DNA of 64,000 nt from Veleropilina oligotropha. Taxonomy: Eukaryota. This document shows, piece by piece, positions 13,551 through 28,100 of the stretch. The DNA is taken from the NCBI GenBank assembly GCA_048128005.1, contig JBEUKZ010000010.1, positions 124,001 through 188,000 of the forward strand. The letters are read 5' to 3'. A model generated the notes under the pieces. The model was given only the letters and a program-made list of their open reading frames with translations. It ran no database searches and had not been told where the DNA came from. Every line of letters starts with the position of its first letter. The first letter of the stretch is position 1. Made by a program: the position numbers and the translations under genes.

Positions 13551-15440
13551 GTTCAGGGTCAGGACATGGCCATATTAATGTCGCGTTCAGGGTCAGGACA
13601 TGGCCATATTAATGTCGCGTTCAGGGTCAGGACATGGCCATATTAATGTTGTTCAGGGTCATGACATGGCCATATTAATGTCGTTCAGGGTCAGGACATG
13701 GCCATATTAATGTCGTTCAGGGACAGGACATGGCCATATTAATGTCGCGTTCAGGGTCAGGACATGGCCATATTAATGTCGCGTTCAGGGTCAGGACATG
13801 GCCATATTAATGTCGTTCAGGGTCAGGACATGGCCATATTAATGTCGTTCAGGGTCAGGACATGGCCATATTAATGTCGTTCAGGGTCAGGACATGGCCA
13901 TATTAATGTCGTTCAGGGTCAGGACATGGCCATATTAATGTCGTTCAGGGTCAGGACATGGCAATATTAATGTCGCATTCAGGGTCAGGACATGGCAATA
14001 TTAATGTCGTTCAGGGTCAGGACATGGCCATATTAATGTCGCGTTCAGGGTCAGGACATGACCATATTAATGTCGTTCAGGGTCAGGACATGGCCATATT
14101 AATGTCGCATTCAGGGTCAGGACATGGCAATATTAATGTCGTTCAGGGTCAGGACATGGCCATATTAATGTCGTTCAGGGTCAGGACATGGCCATATTAA
14201 TGTCGCATTCAGGGTCAGGACATGGCCATATTAATGTCGTTCAGGGTCAGGACATGGCCATATTAATGTCGTTCAGGGTCAGGACATGGCCATATTAATG
14301 TCGTTCAGGGTCAGGACATGGCCATATTAATGTCGCGTTCAGGGTCAGGACATTGCCATATTAATGTCGTTCAGGGTCAGGACATTGCCATATTAATGTC
14401 GTTCAGGGTCAGGACATTGCCATATTAATGTCGTTCAGGGTCAGGACATTGCCATATTAATGTCGTTCAGGGTCAGGACATGGCCATATTAATGTTGTTC
14501 AGGGTCAGGACATGGCCATATTAATGTCGTTCAGGGTCAGGACATGGCCATATTAATGTCATTCAGGGTCAGGACATGGCCATATTAATGTCGTTCAGGG
14601 TCAGGACATGGCCATATTAATGTCGTTCAGGGTCAGGACATGGCCATATTAATGTCGTTCAGGGTCAGGACATGGCCATATTAATGTTGTTCAGGGTCAG
14701 GACATGACCATATTAATGTCATTCAGGGTCAGGACATGGCCATATAAATGTCGTTCAGGGTCAGGACATGGCCATATTAATGTCGTGTTCAGGGTCAGGA
14801 CATGGCCATATTAATGTCGCGTTCAGGGTCAGGACATGGCCATATTAATGTCATTCAGGGTCAGGACATGGCCATATAAATGTCGTTCAGGGTCAGGACA
14901 TGGCCATATTAATGTCGTGTTCAGGGTCAGGACATGGCCATATTAATGTCGCGTTCAGGGTCAGGCCATATTAATGTCGCGTTCAGGGTCAGGACATGGC
15001 CATATTAATGTCATTCAGGGTCAGGACATGGCCATATTAATGTCGTTCAGGGTCAGGACATGGCCATATTAATGTCATTCAGGGTCAGGACATGGCCATA
15101 TTAATGTCGTTCAGGGTCAGGACATGGCCATATTAATGTCGTGTTCAGGGTCAGGACATGGCCATATTAATGTCTCGTTCAGGGTCAGGACATGGCCATA
15201 TTAATGTCGTTCAGGGTCAGGACATATCCATATTAATGTCGTTCAGGGTCAGGACATGGCCATATTAATGTCGCGTTCAGGGTCAGAACATGTCAATATT
15301 AATGTTGCATTCAGGGTCAGGGCATGGCCATATTAATGTTGTTCAGGGTCAGGACGTGACCATATTAATGTCGTTCATGGTCAGGACATGGCCATATTAA
15401 TGTCGCGTTCAGGGTCAGGACATGGCCATATTAATGTCGC
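13551..15440. repeat. 32/34-bp minisatellite (GTTCAGGGTCAGGACATGGCCATATTAATGTC[GC]), about 58 copies, intronic
   Basis: Directly visible tandem array in the last YIPF5 intron. Confidence 0.97.
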
Positions 15441-16159
15441 CAGAAAAAATCCAGTATGCATCATGACATCTGTGTTAAGGGCACAAAATGACTAGCCAAG
15501 GATTCGAACCCACGTCTGTGTCATAGCAATCAGGCGGGTGAACTGGAAGCTACGCTCTCATCCACTACATCACTGGGTGTCCAAAAACAATAAACATAAA
15601 TTTTAAAATATGGCACATAATAAACATTAATAGTTGTAAATATATTATAATATACTATTAATGTTAACTAAGGGAATGTTAGTATTTATTCTCAAAGACA
15701 AATTGCGTCTCAGGTAAAAAGAAATTTGTACAACACTATAGCCGAGGCCATGCCCTCTGATCTATGTATAACCCTGACTGTCGTCCTCATATGAGAGATC
15801 ACCGAATTCTACTCCATGTTATCTGACTGGTCTGAACTGATGGTGATGAGATGACCTTTAGTCAATAATAAAAACTAAACACTGTCCATCAGACACACCG
15901 AAACCATCTGGTGACATCCCCACAAAGCACGCATGATCGCTTACAATGATTACTAAACAAATATGCAGAATATTGGAAATATTATTTTTGCATCTGGATA
16001 TGCACTTCAGCGTCACCTGGAAAAATAATATCAAAACGACCCCGTAATAAGAAACATGTCTTGTAGTTGAATCGGCTTTAAGATTTATGGACTCTCCTTG
16101 GCATCATATGCAATATATTTCATGTCTCTGAAATTTTAATAAATGCAACCGCCAATGGC

Positions 16160-16420
16160 CTAATTTTTAATCCTGCACGACAATTGAAGTATTTGTCCCA
16201 TTTTAACAACTTTCAGGTTCATGCCAGAACGTGTCGATATTATCTCGTGATGAAAAGCCCAGGCGCTCAGGAAAACCAGCCCTCATCGGTCATTTATGGA
16301 CAACTGTGACAATTAAACGAAAAAAGGGCCCACATGAAGATTTGAACCTGCTCCTGTTAGACAGAGCGGTGAAGTTCGTGAATTGCGAGCCAACACTCTT
16401 TTTCACTCAGCTACCGATGA
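16160..16420 (-). mobile_element. Degenerate V-like tRNA-SINE
   Basis: GGAAAACCAGCCCTC...GGACAACTGTG...TTTGAACC...CACTCAGCTACCG resembles the reverse complement of the local SINE family. Confidence 0.6.
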
Positions 16421-16469
16421 GACAGATTTAAAATATATTAGATAGAAAATCATTTCCGGCAACAGAACG

Positions 16470-18020
16470 GGCCGCTTCGACAGTCGTGTGGTTTCGGCGG
16501 CAGACTCCAAACAAGAGCCATCACGAGAAGACGTATCTCCCCGGTAGAAGGTTAATTTTAACACTACATCCCTGCTATTAAGTGTAAGCAAGAAGACAGA
16601 GACAGCAACATCCCCCAGATGGTAAATGCACACTATAAGCTATATGCTGTAAGTTATTGGAACAACAATAGAATAAGTGAAATATCGTTGTTTGAAATAA
16701 TAACATGGGAATAAACTGCGTCAATAATAGCAGGACAACGTCAACATTGGCGGGAAGGCACCAGTTATCCAAGTACCGAATACAACAACTAAGATTCAAA
16801 TAGATAAGTCAAGTGATTTCAGAGATAACAAGGACAACAACTCTGTCATTAATCATTGCGCAACATCAAAATTAGGAATAGGCATGAGGTAACCAAATAC
16901 TGAATACACCCACCAAGTTTTGTAAAGATAAGCCAAGCACTTTATGACATATAATCTTTTAATGAATTTAAGGCAAGGGCAATAACTCTGTTAATATTCA
17001 CCGCACAACTGTCGAAGGTCGAAATTAGCAAAAGGCATCGGGTAACCAACTACTCAATACCAATTTCAGATACGCTTAGCGGTTTATGAGATACGCTCCA
17101 AAAAAAGAAAGCATTAACAACAACGGCAATAATTATTATTCGCTGCATAATGTCGAAATTAGCAAAAGTCACTAGTTCACCAACTACTGAATACACCCAT
17201 CATAAAGATGTTGAGTGGTGTATGAGATACGGTCAGAAGAGATAACATTAGCGAATTTACAACAAGGGCAGTAACTCTGTTATTAATCGCCGCACAACGT
17301 TGCAATTAGCAAAAGGCACCAGTTCACCAATACTCAATACACCCAGCAAGTTTCGTAAAGTTATGGTGAGCGGTGTATGAGATACAGTCCAGAAAAGATA
17401 ACATTAGCGAATTTACAAGAGCAGTAACTGTTAATAATCGCCGCTCAACGTCGAAACTGGCAAAAGGCACCAGTTGACCGACTACTTAATACACCCTGCA
17501 AGTTTCGCAAAGTTATGTTGAGCGGTGTATAAGATACGCTCCGGAACAGATGATATTAACGAATTTATAACAAGGGCAGTAACTCTGTTAATAATCGTCG
17601 CTCAACGTCAAAACTGACAAAAGGCACCAGTTCACCGACTACTTAATACATCCTGCACGTATCATAAAGTTATGTTGAGCGGTGTAAGAGATATGCTCCG
17701 GAAACGATATCGATTACATACAGATGGACAGACAGACGGACGGACAGACAGACTGGGCGATCGCAAGACCGTTGGTAACCGGGGGGGATAAAAATCACTG
17801 GCTTGGTTCCGCTGACGCGAACATTAGTGGGTTTGAACCTCGGTTGAGACATGACATTATTTGTTCAAATTATGAGTCACAGTTGTCCGTAACTGGTCAG
17901 AGAGGGTGGGTTTCTCTGGGCTACCGGGGAATTTCCTCCCACGCTAATATGGACATGTCCTGCTTTGAACTTAATGGTTGGAAATATACAGGACATTACG
18001 CATCGATCCAATCCAATCAG
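16470..18020 (+). mobile_element. V-like tRNA-SINE split by a HINE insertion (head 16470-16511, remainder 17791-18020)
   Basis: Joining the two parts gives GGCCGCTTCG...GACTCCAAA|AATCACTGGCTTGG..., collinear with the unsplit copy at 54665. Confidence 0.75.
16512..17792 (-). mobile_element. HINE-like element, family A (inverted relative to 1087-1815)
   Basis: Same internal repeats (GCAAAAGGCACCAGTTCACC, AACTCTGTTA), CAGA/CGGA microsatellite at 17720-17755, GGGGGATAA terminus, CAAGAAGACA...ATCCCCC 3' end. Confidence 0.75.
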
Positions 18021-18062
18021 GAAACACAGAACACCCAATGCGCTATTTGTTCGGCATACTCA

Positions 18063-18800
<738 letters not shown>

Positions 18801-20032
18801 CGGAGAAATATGAGGAGCCAATTTAATTTCAGTCTAAAGCCAGGGTCATCTACTGTCTGTATCGAAAGATAAACTTAAAAGTAGAAAAGCAATTATAATG
18901 GAGGTACCAGATAGATTTTATTCTAATATAAATAAAAATTGAAATATAGTGATCGCCCTTTTATTTTTAAAGGATAAAAATAAACTAGTAGAAAGAGATG
19001 GCAACATACTACAGAAGAATATTTTTCGGCCTTGAAAGGGCTCTAATTAATTAATTGTACAGTGAGAGCATTTTTTTTTTGTCGAGTTAAAAAAGGCATC
19101 GCCAATAGTCTAATGTTGAAAGAACTGAATTTAAGCCCAAAAGTTTCAACAATAAAACTTGCGCGTTACGATATATCCAAACATTATAGCAAAGAAATTC
19201 TAACTAGATTTCTTAGAAGACTATGTATTTGTATCAAAGAAGAAGGCAGTATTGTTCGGTCTGTATAAGATTACCACTAAAAGGCCACTGCTAATCACAT
19301 GCTTAACTTTTTGTCAGGTTTACAATAACAAAGCGGTTAGACAGAGGGCAGTACATGTCAGAGGTGAGAAACATTTCAATGGTGACCAGCTGCTTATAGA
19401 GTATCAGAATGAAAGCCAGAGAGGTGCAGGAAGAATGGGCATCTCATCCCAATGTAAACAATGTGTGTTTATATATTATAGGCAGAGAAACGTTTATAGC
19501 AAAGAATATAACATTAATTTTTAAAGTGTTCTATACTTATATTCAGAGATAGACACTTTATACATGAACTTGAATTGGTCCAAACATCAAAAATCATTTT
19601 AGGTGGGCACCACCGTCAGAGGAAAGTCTGACCATCCGTCTGACCATCCTCTTTCGACCAAAATCAAGGCTCTAACCTTATGCAACTCACAGTGTTGTCA
19701 AGTTTCTTATTATTTGTAGGTATTCATTACTAAGACTCAAATAACTTGCACATATTAAATTTTAACCAAATACTGCACATTTCATGAAAAGTTCAAACTC
19801 AAAATTTGGCAATAAAAAGTAGTTTTGTAAACAATGGGCCTTATATCAAACTACTGATTGTCTCCATTCACAAACACCGCCATAATGAGTCTTGTAACAG
19901 ATGATTTGCAGTTTAAAAGTTTGACGTCGATTGTGACATGGAGAGTTATCAAACTTCATGTGCCATCATTCAGAAGAATCAAACATCTGATGAAACAAAA
20001 ACAATTATAGATGCATCGGACCCAGAAATTAC

Positions 20033-20143
20033 CAGCAATAAAGATCCACCAAAGGCCAGACAGAACACCAGAGGCCCCGCCATATCTGCATCTTGCATGA
20101 TGGTGAAATCTGTTGATTTTAGGGGATTTAATACCGCCAAAGT
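20033..20143 (-). CDS. YIPF5: YIPF5/YIPF7, internal coding exon
   Basis: TCTTTTTTCTCTTTCAG acceptor, GTAATT donor; 111 nt, [37 protein letters not shown] with the Yip1 D(L/M)AGPL motif; splices in frame to the next exon. This frame is not in the ORF track. Confidence 0.95.
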
Positions 20144-20798
20144 CTGAAAGAGAAAAAAGATGTAGTTCCAGAGTGTTACGCACAGATGTCTAGAAAGGTA
20201 TGCACATCAATTCACTATTTATTATACAACATTCGCAGAAAAACACAGATGGAGTTGTCTCATGGTTATTTATGGAAAGTTTTGCATTGAATTATGACCC
20301 TTGAAGTGTTTTTATAGAAGATTACATACTAGTAAATTAAAGAAATGAAAGCACCAATGTCCATGCTTGAACAACAAGCAGATCTAAGTATCATATTTCT
20401 CATAATAAAAGCACCTGGCACTTAGATATCGTTTGTTCTGATGGTGTCAGGCGACTATTCACACTGCATTTATAAACCAGGATAAAGGCGGTTGGTACGT
20501 ACGTAACCATGCATACTTACAAACAGACAATTTTATTTTCACAATAAGTAAAATATCTGTTGTAAACCGGGTAATAACAATAATTGCATGATGTTGAAAA
20601 TATGAATCCTTGAAATAATTCAGTGTATTTGAAAATATGTTTTATTACTTATACAATGGCTGTACTTGTGAGACAGATATTAAAATGCATAAATGTGTCA
20701 ACTGGTATAAATTTACTTTTACTTTTGGCAAGACATGACTGACAAGACATATCTAAAAATTTTGATAAATTAAAGCTCGTTATTGCTTGTAGTTAAAA

Positions 20799-21995
20799 GT
20801 GTTGCCAGCACCCGCCCATCTGATGCCCGCAACCCAGAGCGAGTCGACGGTTGCGCTTTGGGGCCATGGTTCCCTAATGCACAAGAAAATGTTGGTTTCA
20901 CTGCGTTTTATTTAATGTGAATCAATTTAGTTTTACGGCTGCGTTGTAACAATTTTTTAGCCTGTTCGTCGCAACGGTAACAAGTAAAATTACTCTAAAG
21001 TAGTTTACAAAGTCATATTTTTAATACCATACATTACAGCTTTGTCTTGTTTCCTAGGTAATCCGTTTCCATTGGTATATTAAATAATTACTCCAGAAAC
21101 GACACTCAAAAGCTAAAACTGGTCGTACATTTATAAAATAGCTGGGCACATTATGGGATTTCCAGAAGTAGTCCCTCAAAGTTGACACAATATTAGATTA
21201 GTGAAAATGTCCATTGTAATAAAACAAGAACGACGCATTCGGAATATGTCTTGACTTTTCTTTATTTTCGTCAGATTTTCAGAACAGCTATAACGTTACA
21301 ATGGCGAAGTTTACTACAAGACTTTAACACCCCGTCGATTGTGACATCACTCAATGATGATTAATCTAAAGCGTCATCGTAATGACGTCATTGCTATTTA
21401 ATAGAAACATTTGACATAACGTTATATACAAATGCATAAAAGTGCCTAATAAATGCATATTTTTGCAATATTGTGTCGCGAAAGTTATATACACGACCTA
21501 CAAAAACTCGTGGGAATGTGTGTACCAATTTTGGTAAATATTGGACCGCTAGTTTTCTCATAATCCTGCGGATATATATATATGTATATATATACACACG
21601 GACCATTTTATGATGTCTTGTCCTTTTTTACAAAAAGGTCAAGACATAAAAAGTACTACTAGTTCGTGAAAAGACCAGTTGATTGTTGTTTCCTCGATAA
21701 TTACTGTCTGAATTACGGTAAATATGTACCTGAAAACATTTGGATGAATGGAAGTCAGCAGCGCCTGCGTAGCAATAATAGTAGCGATCAGGGTCATGTG
21801 ATTTCATAAATTATCAAAGAGTCACAAAATGTGGCTTGTTAAACAACAAAGAGCTGGATGCGGGCCTAAAACTCCATATATTTTTTATTAACGTACGTCT
21901 CCAGAGAAAATTTTGCGTCATATTAATTATCCGGAAGAAATATCGGCAACTTCAAATATCCGGAAATCCGTGAATTCCTGGAAGACTGGCAACAC
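20799..21995. mobile_element. Putative hAT-type non-autonomous DNA transposon carrying a nested HINE
   Basis: Terminal inverted repeats GTGTTGCCAG / CTGGCAACAC, subterminal TCCGGAA repeats, flanks AGTTAAAA / AGTTAATT as an imperfect 8-bp TSD. Confidence 0.55.
21221..21649 (-). mobile_element. Short HINE-like element, family C
   Basis: AACAAG...ATGTCTTGAC at one end, hairpin ATGTCTTGTCCTTTTTTACAAAAAGGTCAAGACAT at the other, with an adjacent TA microsatellite. Confidence 0.6.
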
Positions 21996-22399
21996 AGTTA
22001 ATTCCTTGTTATCAATGATAACATAATATATAATGTGGTCATTTTGCATCTATAGACTATCTATCCGGAAAGCTATTTATAAATCCAAGAACAAAGAATA
22101 GAACCTTCTTTCAATGTCATAGAATTATTTTTATGGTTTCATTACGATATCATTATCAACTCAAATGGAATCTTCTTTCAAAATAATATGTATAAGAGAA
22201 GTAATTAATCTAAAGACGGTACAAACGTCATTAATTTGGCAGTAATGACGTATTTATAGCTCAATTCTTCATCACTGAATATTCTAGAGAACAATATTCT
22301 TTCCAATGAATGTATGTGGAATGAACCACAGACATATCTTATGAGTGATATTAATATTCTCCATGGTATAATTGTATCTACTTGAAAGCTATAAATATA

Positions 22400-24083
22400 A
22401 ACTAGAGGAGTTGTTTTTGTGTGAACAAAAACATATGTCTCCCCATGTAAGAGAAATCACTCCATATTGAGACCCTCATGAAGATTGGAACGTCACGAAC
22501 TGGAAGTGTAAATATATTTGACGAAATGGATGGATTTATGCAAATGTCCTGAATATTTACACCCTTCACTTTCAAGGCATGGGAACCTATGATGACAAGA
22601 ATTTTAGTAGGTCAAAGGTCATTACGGTAAGGTCAAAGGTCATTTTCGGAAAATTACGCGTCCTTGCACAATGGCACGTTAAGGGCAGATAGCATATCAC
22701 AGGAAATCATGCTGGCATGTATAGGACCCAAGATCTAGCCGGACAATGTGACAGTATCAGGAAAGTACATTTTGACCTGTGACCTTGACCTTTGACTGAA
22801 CAAGAATATTGAACATTGTTATATAATGTACTCACCCTCATGAAGAAATTTGGCAGAAAATAATTAAGGAAACAATAAAATATAAAAATGCCCGAATATG
22901 GAATCAGAAATGTACATTTTGACCTCTGTGACCTTGATCTTGCACCAAACAACAAACTGAACATTGTAAGGGAAAAGTTGGCGAAAAATAATATAGAAAA
23001 CAATCAAATCTAAAAAAAATTTATGAAGACAGCAGTGCCAAGGTCAAAAGTGCAAAATTTTAGCACCCTGCACATGCTTCAAGTGTGGGCCATGCATCTT
23101 CAAAGAAATTAGAAGGAAAAGATTTGACATCACCGAGAACCAGACCGGACACGATTTCAGGATCAAAAGTCATTAGATAACGTTCGAAGGTCATTTCCGC
23201 AAAAATTTGCTGAAAAGCACAATGGCAAGATAGGGCGGTTTAACATACCAAATTAAATCATGCTGGCATGTATAGGACCTGAGATGTAGCCCGGACAAGG
23301 TGTGTGTTAGAGAAAGTACATTTTGACCTCTGTGTCCTTGACCTTTGACCGAATATCAAAATTGAACATTGTTATATAATGTATTCACCCTCAGGAATAA
23401 ATTTGGTGGAAAAAAATTAAGAAAACAATGAAATATAAAAATGCCCAAATATGGAAATTGTTTATCAAGGTCACAGTGCCAAGGTCAAAGATCAAAAGTA
23501 CAAAATGTTAGCACCCTGCACATTCTTCGGGTGTGGGCCATGCATCTACAAAGAAATTAGAAGGATAAGATTTGACGTCTCCGAGAACCAGGCCGGACAC
23601 GATTTTGGGGGTCAAAGGTCAATACGTCAAGGTCGAGTCGTTTTCGAATTTTTTTTGCCAAAAAGCAAAATGGCAGTAGGGCAGCTTAACATACCAAAGG
23701 AAATCAGGTTGGCATGTATAGGACCCGAGATCTAGCCCAGACAAGGTGTGTTTTAGGGAAAGTACATTTTGACCTCTGTGACCTTGACCTTTGACCGAAC
23801 AATAAAATTGAACATTACGTCTCTCCCATCCTTCGGATGAGGAGACATAATTAATTCACACAGACGATCTTGTAAATTTGTCTTAACTTTAAAGCTATTA
23901 TATATAATAAATTTAGTGGACGGAACCTATTGCACAGTTATTCTTTGGTTTAATTTACCAAAGGAAATAATGCTGGCATGTATAGGACCTGAGATCTAGT
24001 CCGGACAATAAAAGTGAGGGAGAAGAAGGAGAACGGAGTGTAAAACAATATGTCTCTCCCATCCTTCGGATGAGGAGACATAA
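22400..24083 (-). mobile_element. HINE-like element, family B, with GACCTTGACCTTTGA-rich internal repeats
   Basis: AACTAG...TATGTCTCCCC terminus, internal repeats of several hundred bp (CATGCTGGCATGTATAGGACC at about 22708, 23258, 23710, 23970), terminal hairpin TATGTCTC..CATCCTTCGGATG.GGAGACATA present twice. Confidence 0.75.
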
Positions 24084-24924
24084 TTAATTCACACAGACTA
24101 TCTTGTAAATTTGTCTTAACATTAAAGCTATTATATAATAACTTTAGTGGACGGAACCTATTGCAAAGTTATTCATGTGGTAGATTCTGGAACAAATAGC
24201 AATTTACGTTTCTGACAACATTAGCCATAATGCTTAGAAAATATCATTATAATTTGCAGGGATGCAGATAAGAAATTAATTTTGGGGGGATTGTTCATAT
24301 GTTGTTTATTGTCCCATTGTATAACGTATGGTCATGATGTGATATGTCGAATATTATCATAAGAGGAAGGCCTGGATTGCCTGGATTGCCTGGGGAAACC
24401 CACCCGCTCCGGCACTTACATTGGTTGGTTGGCAACTGTTTTAGACCACTTTGGCAATTTTTCAGTATTAACGCAAATGGGACACATGTTTTAAAGGATT
24501 TGTGAACACATAATATAATCTGGCTGATAATAATGCTATCGTATATTTATTTATTCTCTTATTAGTAGCGCCATGATTTAGATTATCAAAACATGGATAC
24601 AAAAGATCCTTAGCAAGTCACCCCGAAATTTCCTGAACACTTAATAGGTGACGACACACTAGACCCACGAATCCTAATGCTATTGTTCCTGTTGAGTAAC
24701 CAATTTGCGGACAATGATGTTGAAAAGATTCCGAGTGTGAGTGTCCATTGTGATGTCAAATTCAACCCCTGACCTGAAAATGACTCTACTTGAGCCGATT
24801 GATTTCGCCAGGTCAGCTTACAACAAACACGGACACTCGTGAAAGATTAACACAACAAATAATATGATAAGAATATGACGCACAGTGAAATTTCGCCTAT
24901 ATTATGAGTTTTGGTTCACAAATC

Positions 24925-25080
24925 CTTTAAGGTCTCACTCCGATCTGACCGACATACATTAGGGATATGTTATCCATTATTTTAAATGGTACAGTAACCC
25001 GTCAACTGGCCTCAAACCCGGACCTTCCTGACTGTCTCTGTTGAGTGTCTGATCCGCTATCCACTCACACGCCGAGGCAG
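24925..25080 (-). mobile_element. Degenerate tRNA-SINE (family shared with 39190-39360)
   Basis: Shares TTAAGGTCTCACTCCGATC...CATTAGGGATATG with 39200-39243; reverse-complement B-box and A-box remnants. Confidence 0.6.
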
Positions 25081-25107
25081 TTCTGGCTTTTACAGACAAC
25101 CGTCACC

Positions 25108-28100
25108 GTTAACTTCATACAGTACAGGTCAGAACCTACTCCTGTTAACTTCATACAGTACAGGTCAGAACCTACTCCTGTTAACTTCATACAGTACAGG
25201 TCAGAACCTACTCCTGTTAACTTCATATAGTACAGGTCAGAACCTACTCCTGTTAACTTCATACCGTACAGGTCAGAACCTACTCCTGTTAACTTCATAC
25301 AGTACAGGTCAGAACCAATTCCTGTTAACTTCATATAGTACAGGTCAGAACCTATTCATGTTAACTTCATATAGTACAGGTCAGAACCTACTCCTGTTAA
25401 CTTCATATAGTACGGGTCAGAACCTACTCCTGTTAACTTCATACAGTACAGGCCAGAACCTATTCCTGTTAACTTCATACGGTACAAGTCAGAACCTACT
25501 CCTGTTAACTTCATATAGTACAGGTCAGAACCTACTCCTGTTAACTTCATACAGTACAGGTCAGAACCTATTCCTGTTAACTTCATATAGTACAGGTCAG
25601 AACCTACTCCTGTTAACTTCATACAGTACAGGTCAGAACCTACTCCTGTTAACTTCATACGGTACAGGTCAGAACCTACTCCTGTTAACTTCATATAATA
25701 CAGGTCAGAACCTACTCCTGTTAACTTCATATGGTACAGGTCAGAACCTACTAATGTTAACTTCATACGGTACAGGTCAGAACCTACTCCTGTTAACTTC
25801 ATACAGTACAGGTCAGAACCTACTCCTGTTGACTGCATACAGTACAGGTCAGAACCTACTCCTGTTGACTTCATACAATACAGGTCAGAACCTACTCCTG
25901 TTAACTTCATATAGTACAGGTCAGAACCTATTCCTGTTAACTTCATACAGTACAGGTCAGAACCTACTCCTGTTAACTTCATACGGTACAGGTCAGAACC
26001 TACTCCTGTTAACTTCATACGGTACAGGTCAGAACCTACTCCTGTTAACTTCATACAGTACAGGTCAGAACCTACTCCTGTTAACTTCATACGGTACAGG
26101 TCAGAACCTACTCCTGTTAACTTCATACGGTACAGGTCAGAACCTACTCCTGTTAACTTCATACAGTACAGGTCAGAACCTACTCCTGTTGACTTCATAC
26201 AGTACAGGTCAGAACCTACTCCTGTTGACTTCATACAGTACAGGTCAGAAGCTGTGCCTGTTAACTTCATATAGTACAGGTCAGAACCTACTCCTGTTAA
26301 CTTCATACAGTACAGGTCAGAACCTACTCCTGTTAACTTCATACAGTACAGGTCAGAACCTATTCCTGTTAACTTCATATAGTACAGGTCAGAACCTATT
26401 CCTGTTAACTTCATATAGTACAGGTCCGAACCTACTCCTGTTAACTTCATATAGTACGGATCAGAACCTACTCCTGTTAACTTCATATGGTACAGGTCAG
26501 AACCTACTCCTGTTAACTTCATACGGTACAGGTCAGAACCTACTCCTGTTAACTTCATATAGTACGGATCAGAACCTACTCCTGTTAACTTCATACGGTA
26601 CAGGTCAGAACCTACTCCTGTTAACTTCATACGGTACAGGTCAGAACATATTCCTGTTAACTTCATATAGTACAGGTCAGAACCTACTCCTGTTAACTTC
26701 ATACGGTACAGGTCAGAACCTACTCCTGTTAACTTCATATGGTACAGGTCAGAACCTACTCCTGTTAACTTCATATAATACAGGTCAGAACCTACTCCTG
26801 TTAACTTCATACGGTACAGGTCAGAACCTACTCCTGTTAACTTCATACGGTACAGGTCAGAACCTACTCCTGTTAACTTCATACAGTACAGGTCAGAACC
26901 TACTCCTGTTGACTTCATACAGTACAGGTCAGAACCTTACTCATGTTGACTTCATACAGTACAGGTCAGAACCTACTCCTGTTAACTTCACATAGTACAG
27001 GTCAGAACCTATTCCTGTTAACTTCATACAGTACAGGTCAGAACCTACTCCTGTTAACTTCATACGGTACAGGTCAGAACCTACTCCTGTTAACTTCATA
27101 CGGTACAGGTCAGAACCTACTCCTGTTAACTTCATATAATACAGGTCAGAACCTACTCCTGTTAACTTCATACAGTACAGGTCAGAACCTACTCCTGTTG
27201 ACTTCATACAGTACAGGTCATAACCTACTCCTGTTGACTTCATACAGTACAGGTCAGAAGCTGTGCCTGTTAACTTCATATAGTACAGGTCAGAACCTAC
27301 TCCTGTTAACTTCATACAGTACAGGTCAGAACCTACTCCTGTTAACTTCATACAGTACAGGTCAGAAGCTATGCCTGTTAACTTCATATAGTACAGGTCA
27401 GAACCTACTCCTGTTAACTTCATACAGTACAGGTCAGAACCTACTCCTGTTAACTTCATACAGTACAGGTCAGAACCTACTCCTGTTGACTTCATACAGT
27501 ACAGGTCAGAACCTACTCCTGTTGACTTCATACAGTACAGGTCAGAAGCTGTGCCTGTTAACTTCATATAGTACAGGTCAGAACCTACTCCTGTTAACTT
27601 CATACAGTACAGGTCAGAACCTACTCCTTTTAACTTCATACAGTACAGGTCAGAACCTATTCCTGTTAACTTCATATAGTACAGGTCAGAACCTATTCCT
27701 GTTAACTTCATATAGTACAGGTCCGAACCTACTCCTGTTAACTTCATATAGTATGGATCAGAACCTACTCCTGTTAACTTCATATGGTACAGGTCAGAAC
27801 CTACTCCTGTTAACTTCATACGGTACAGGGCAGAACCTACTCCTGTTAACTTCATATAGTACGGATCAGAACCTACTCCTGTTAACTTCATACGGTACAG
27901 GTCAGAACCTACTCCTGTTAACTTCATACGGTACAGGTCAGAACCTATTCCTGTTAACTTCATACAGTACAGGTCAGAACCTACTCCTGTTAACTTCATA
28001 CAGTACAGGTCAGAACCTACTCCTGTTAACTTCATACGGTACAGGTCAGAACCTACTCCTGTTAACTTCATACGGTACAGGTCAGAACCTACTCCTGTTA

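Noticed and set aside
19938..20183. Listed ORFs overlapping the YIPF5 exon
   Set aside because: Wrong frame or strand; the real coding frame is 20143 to 20033 on the minus strand.
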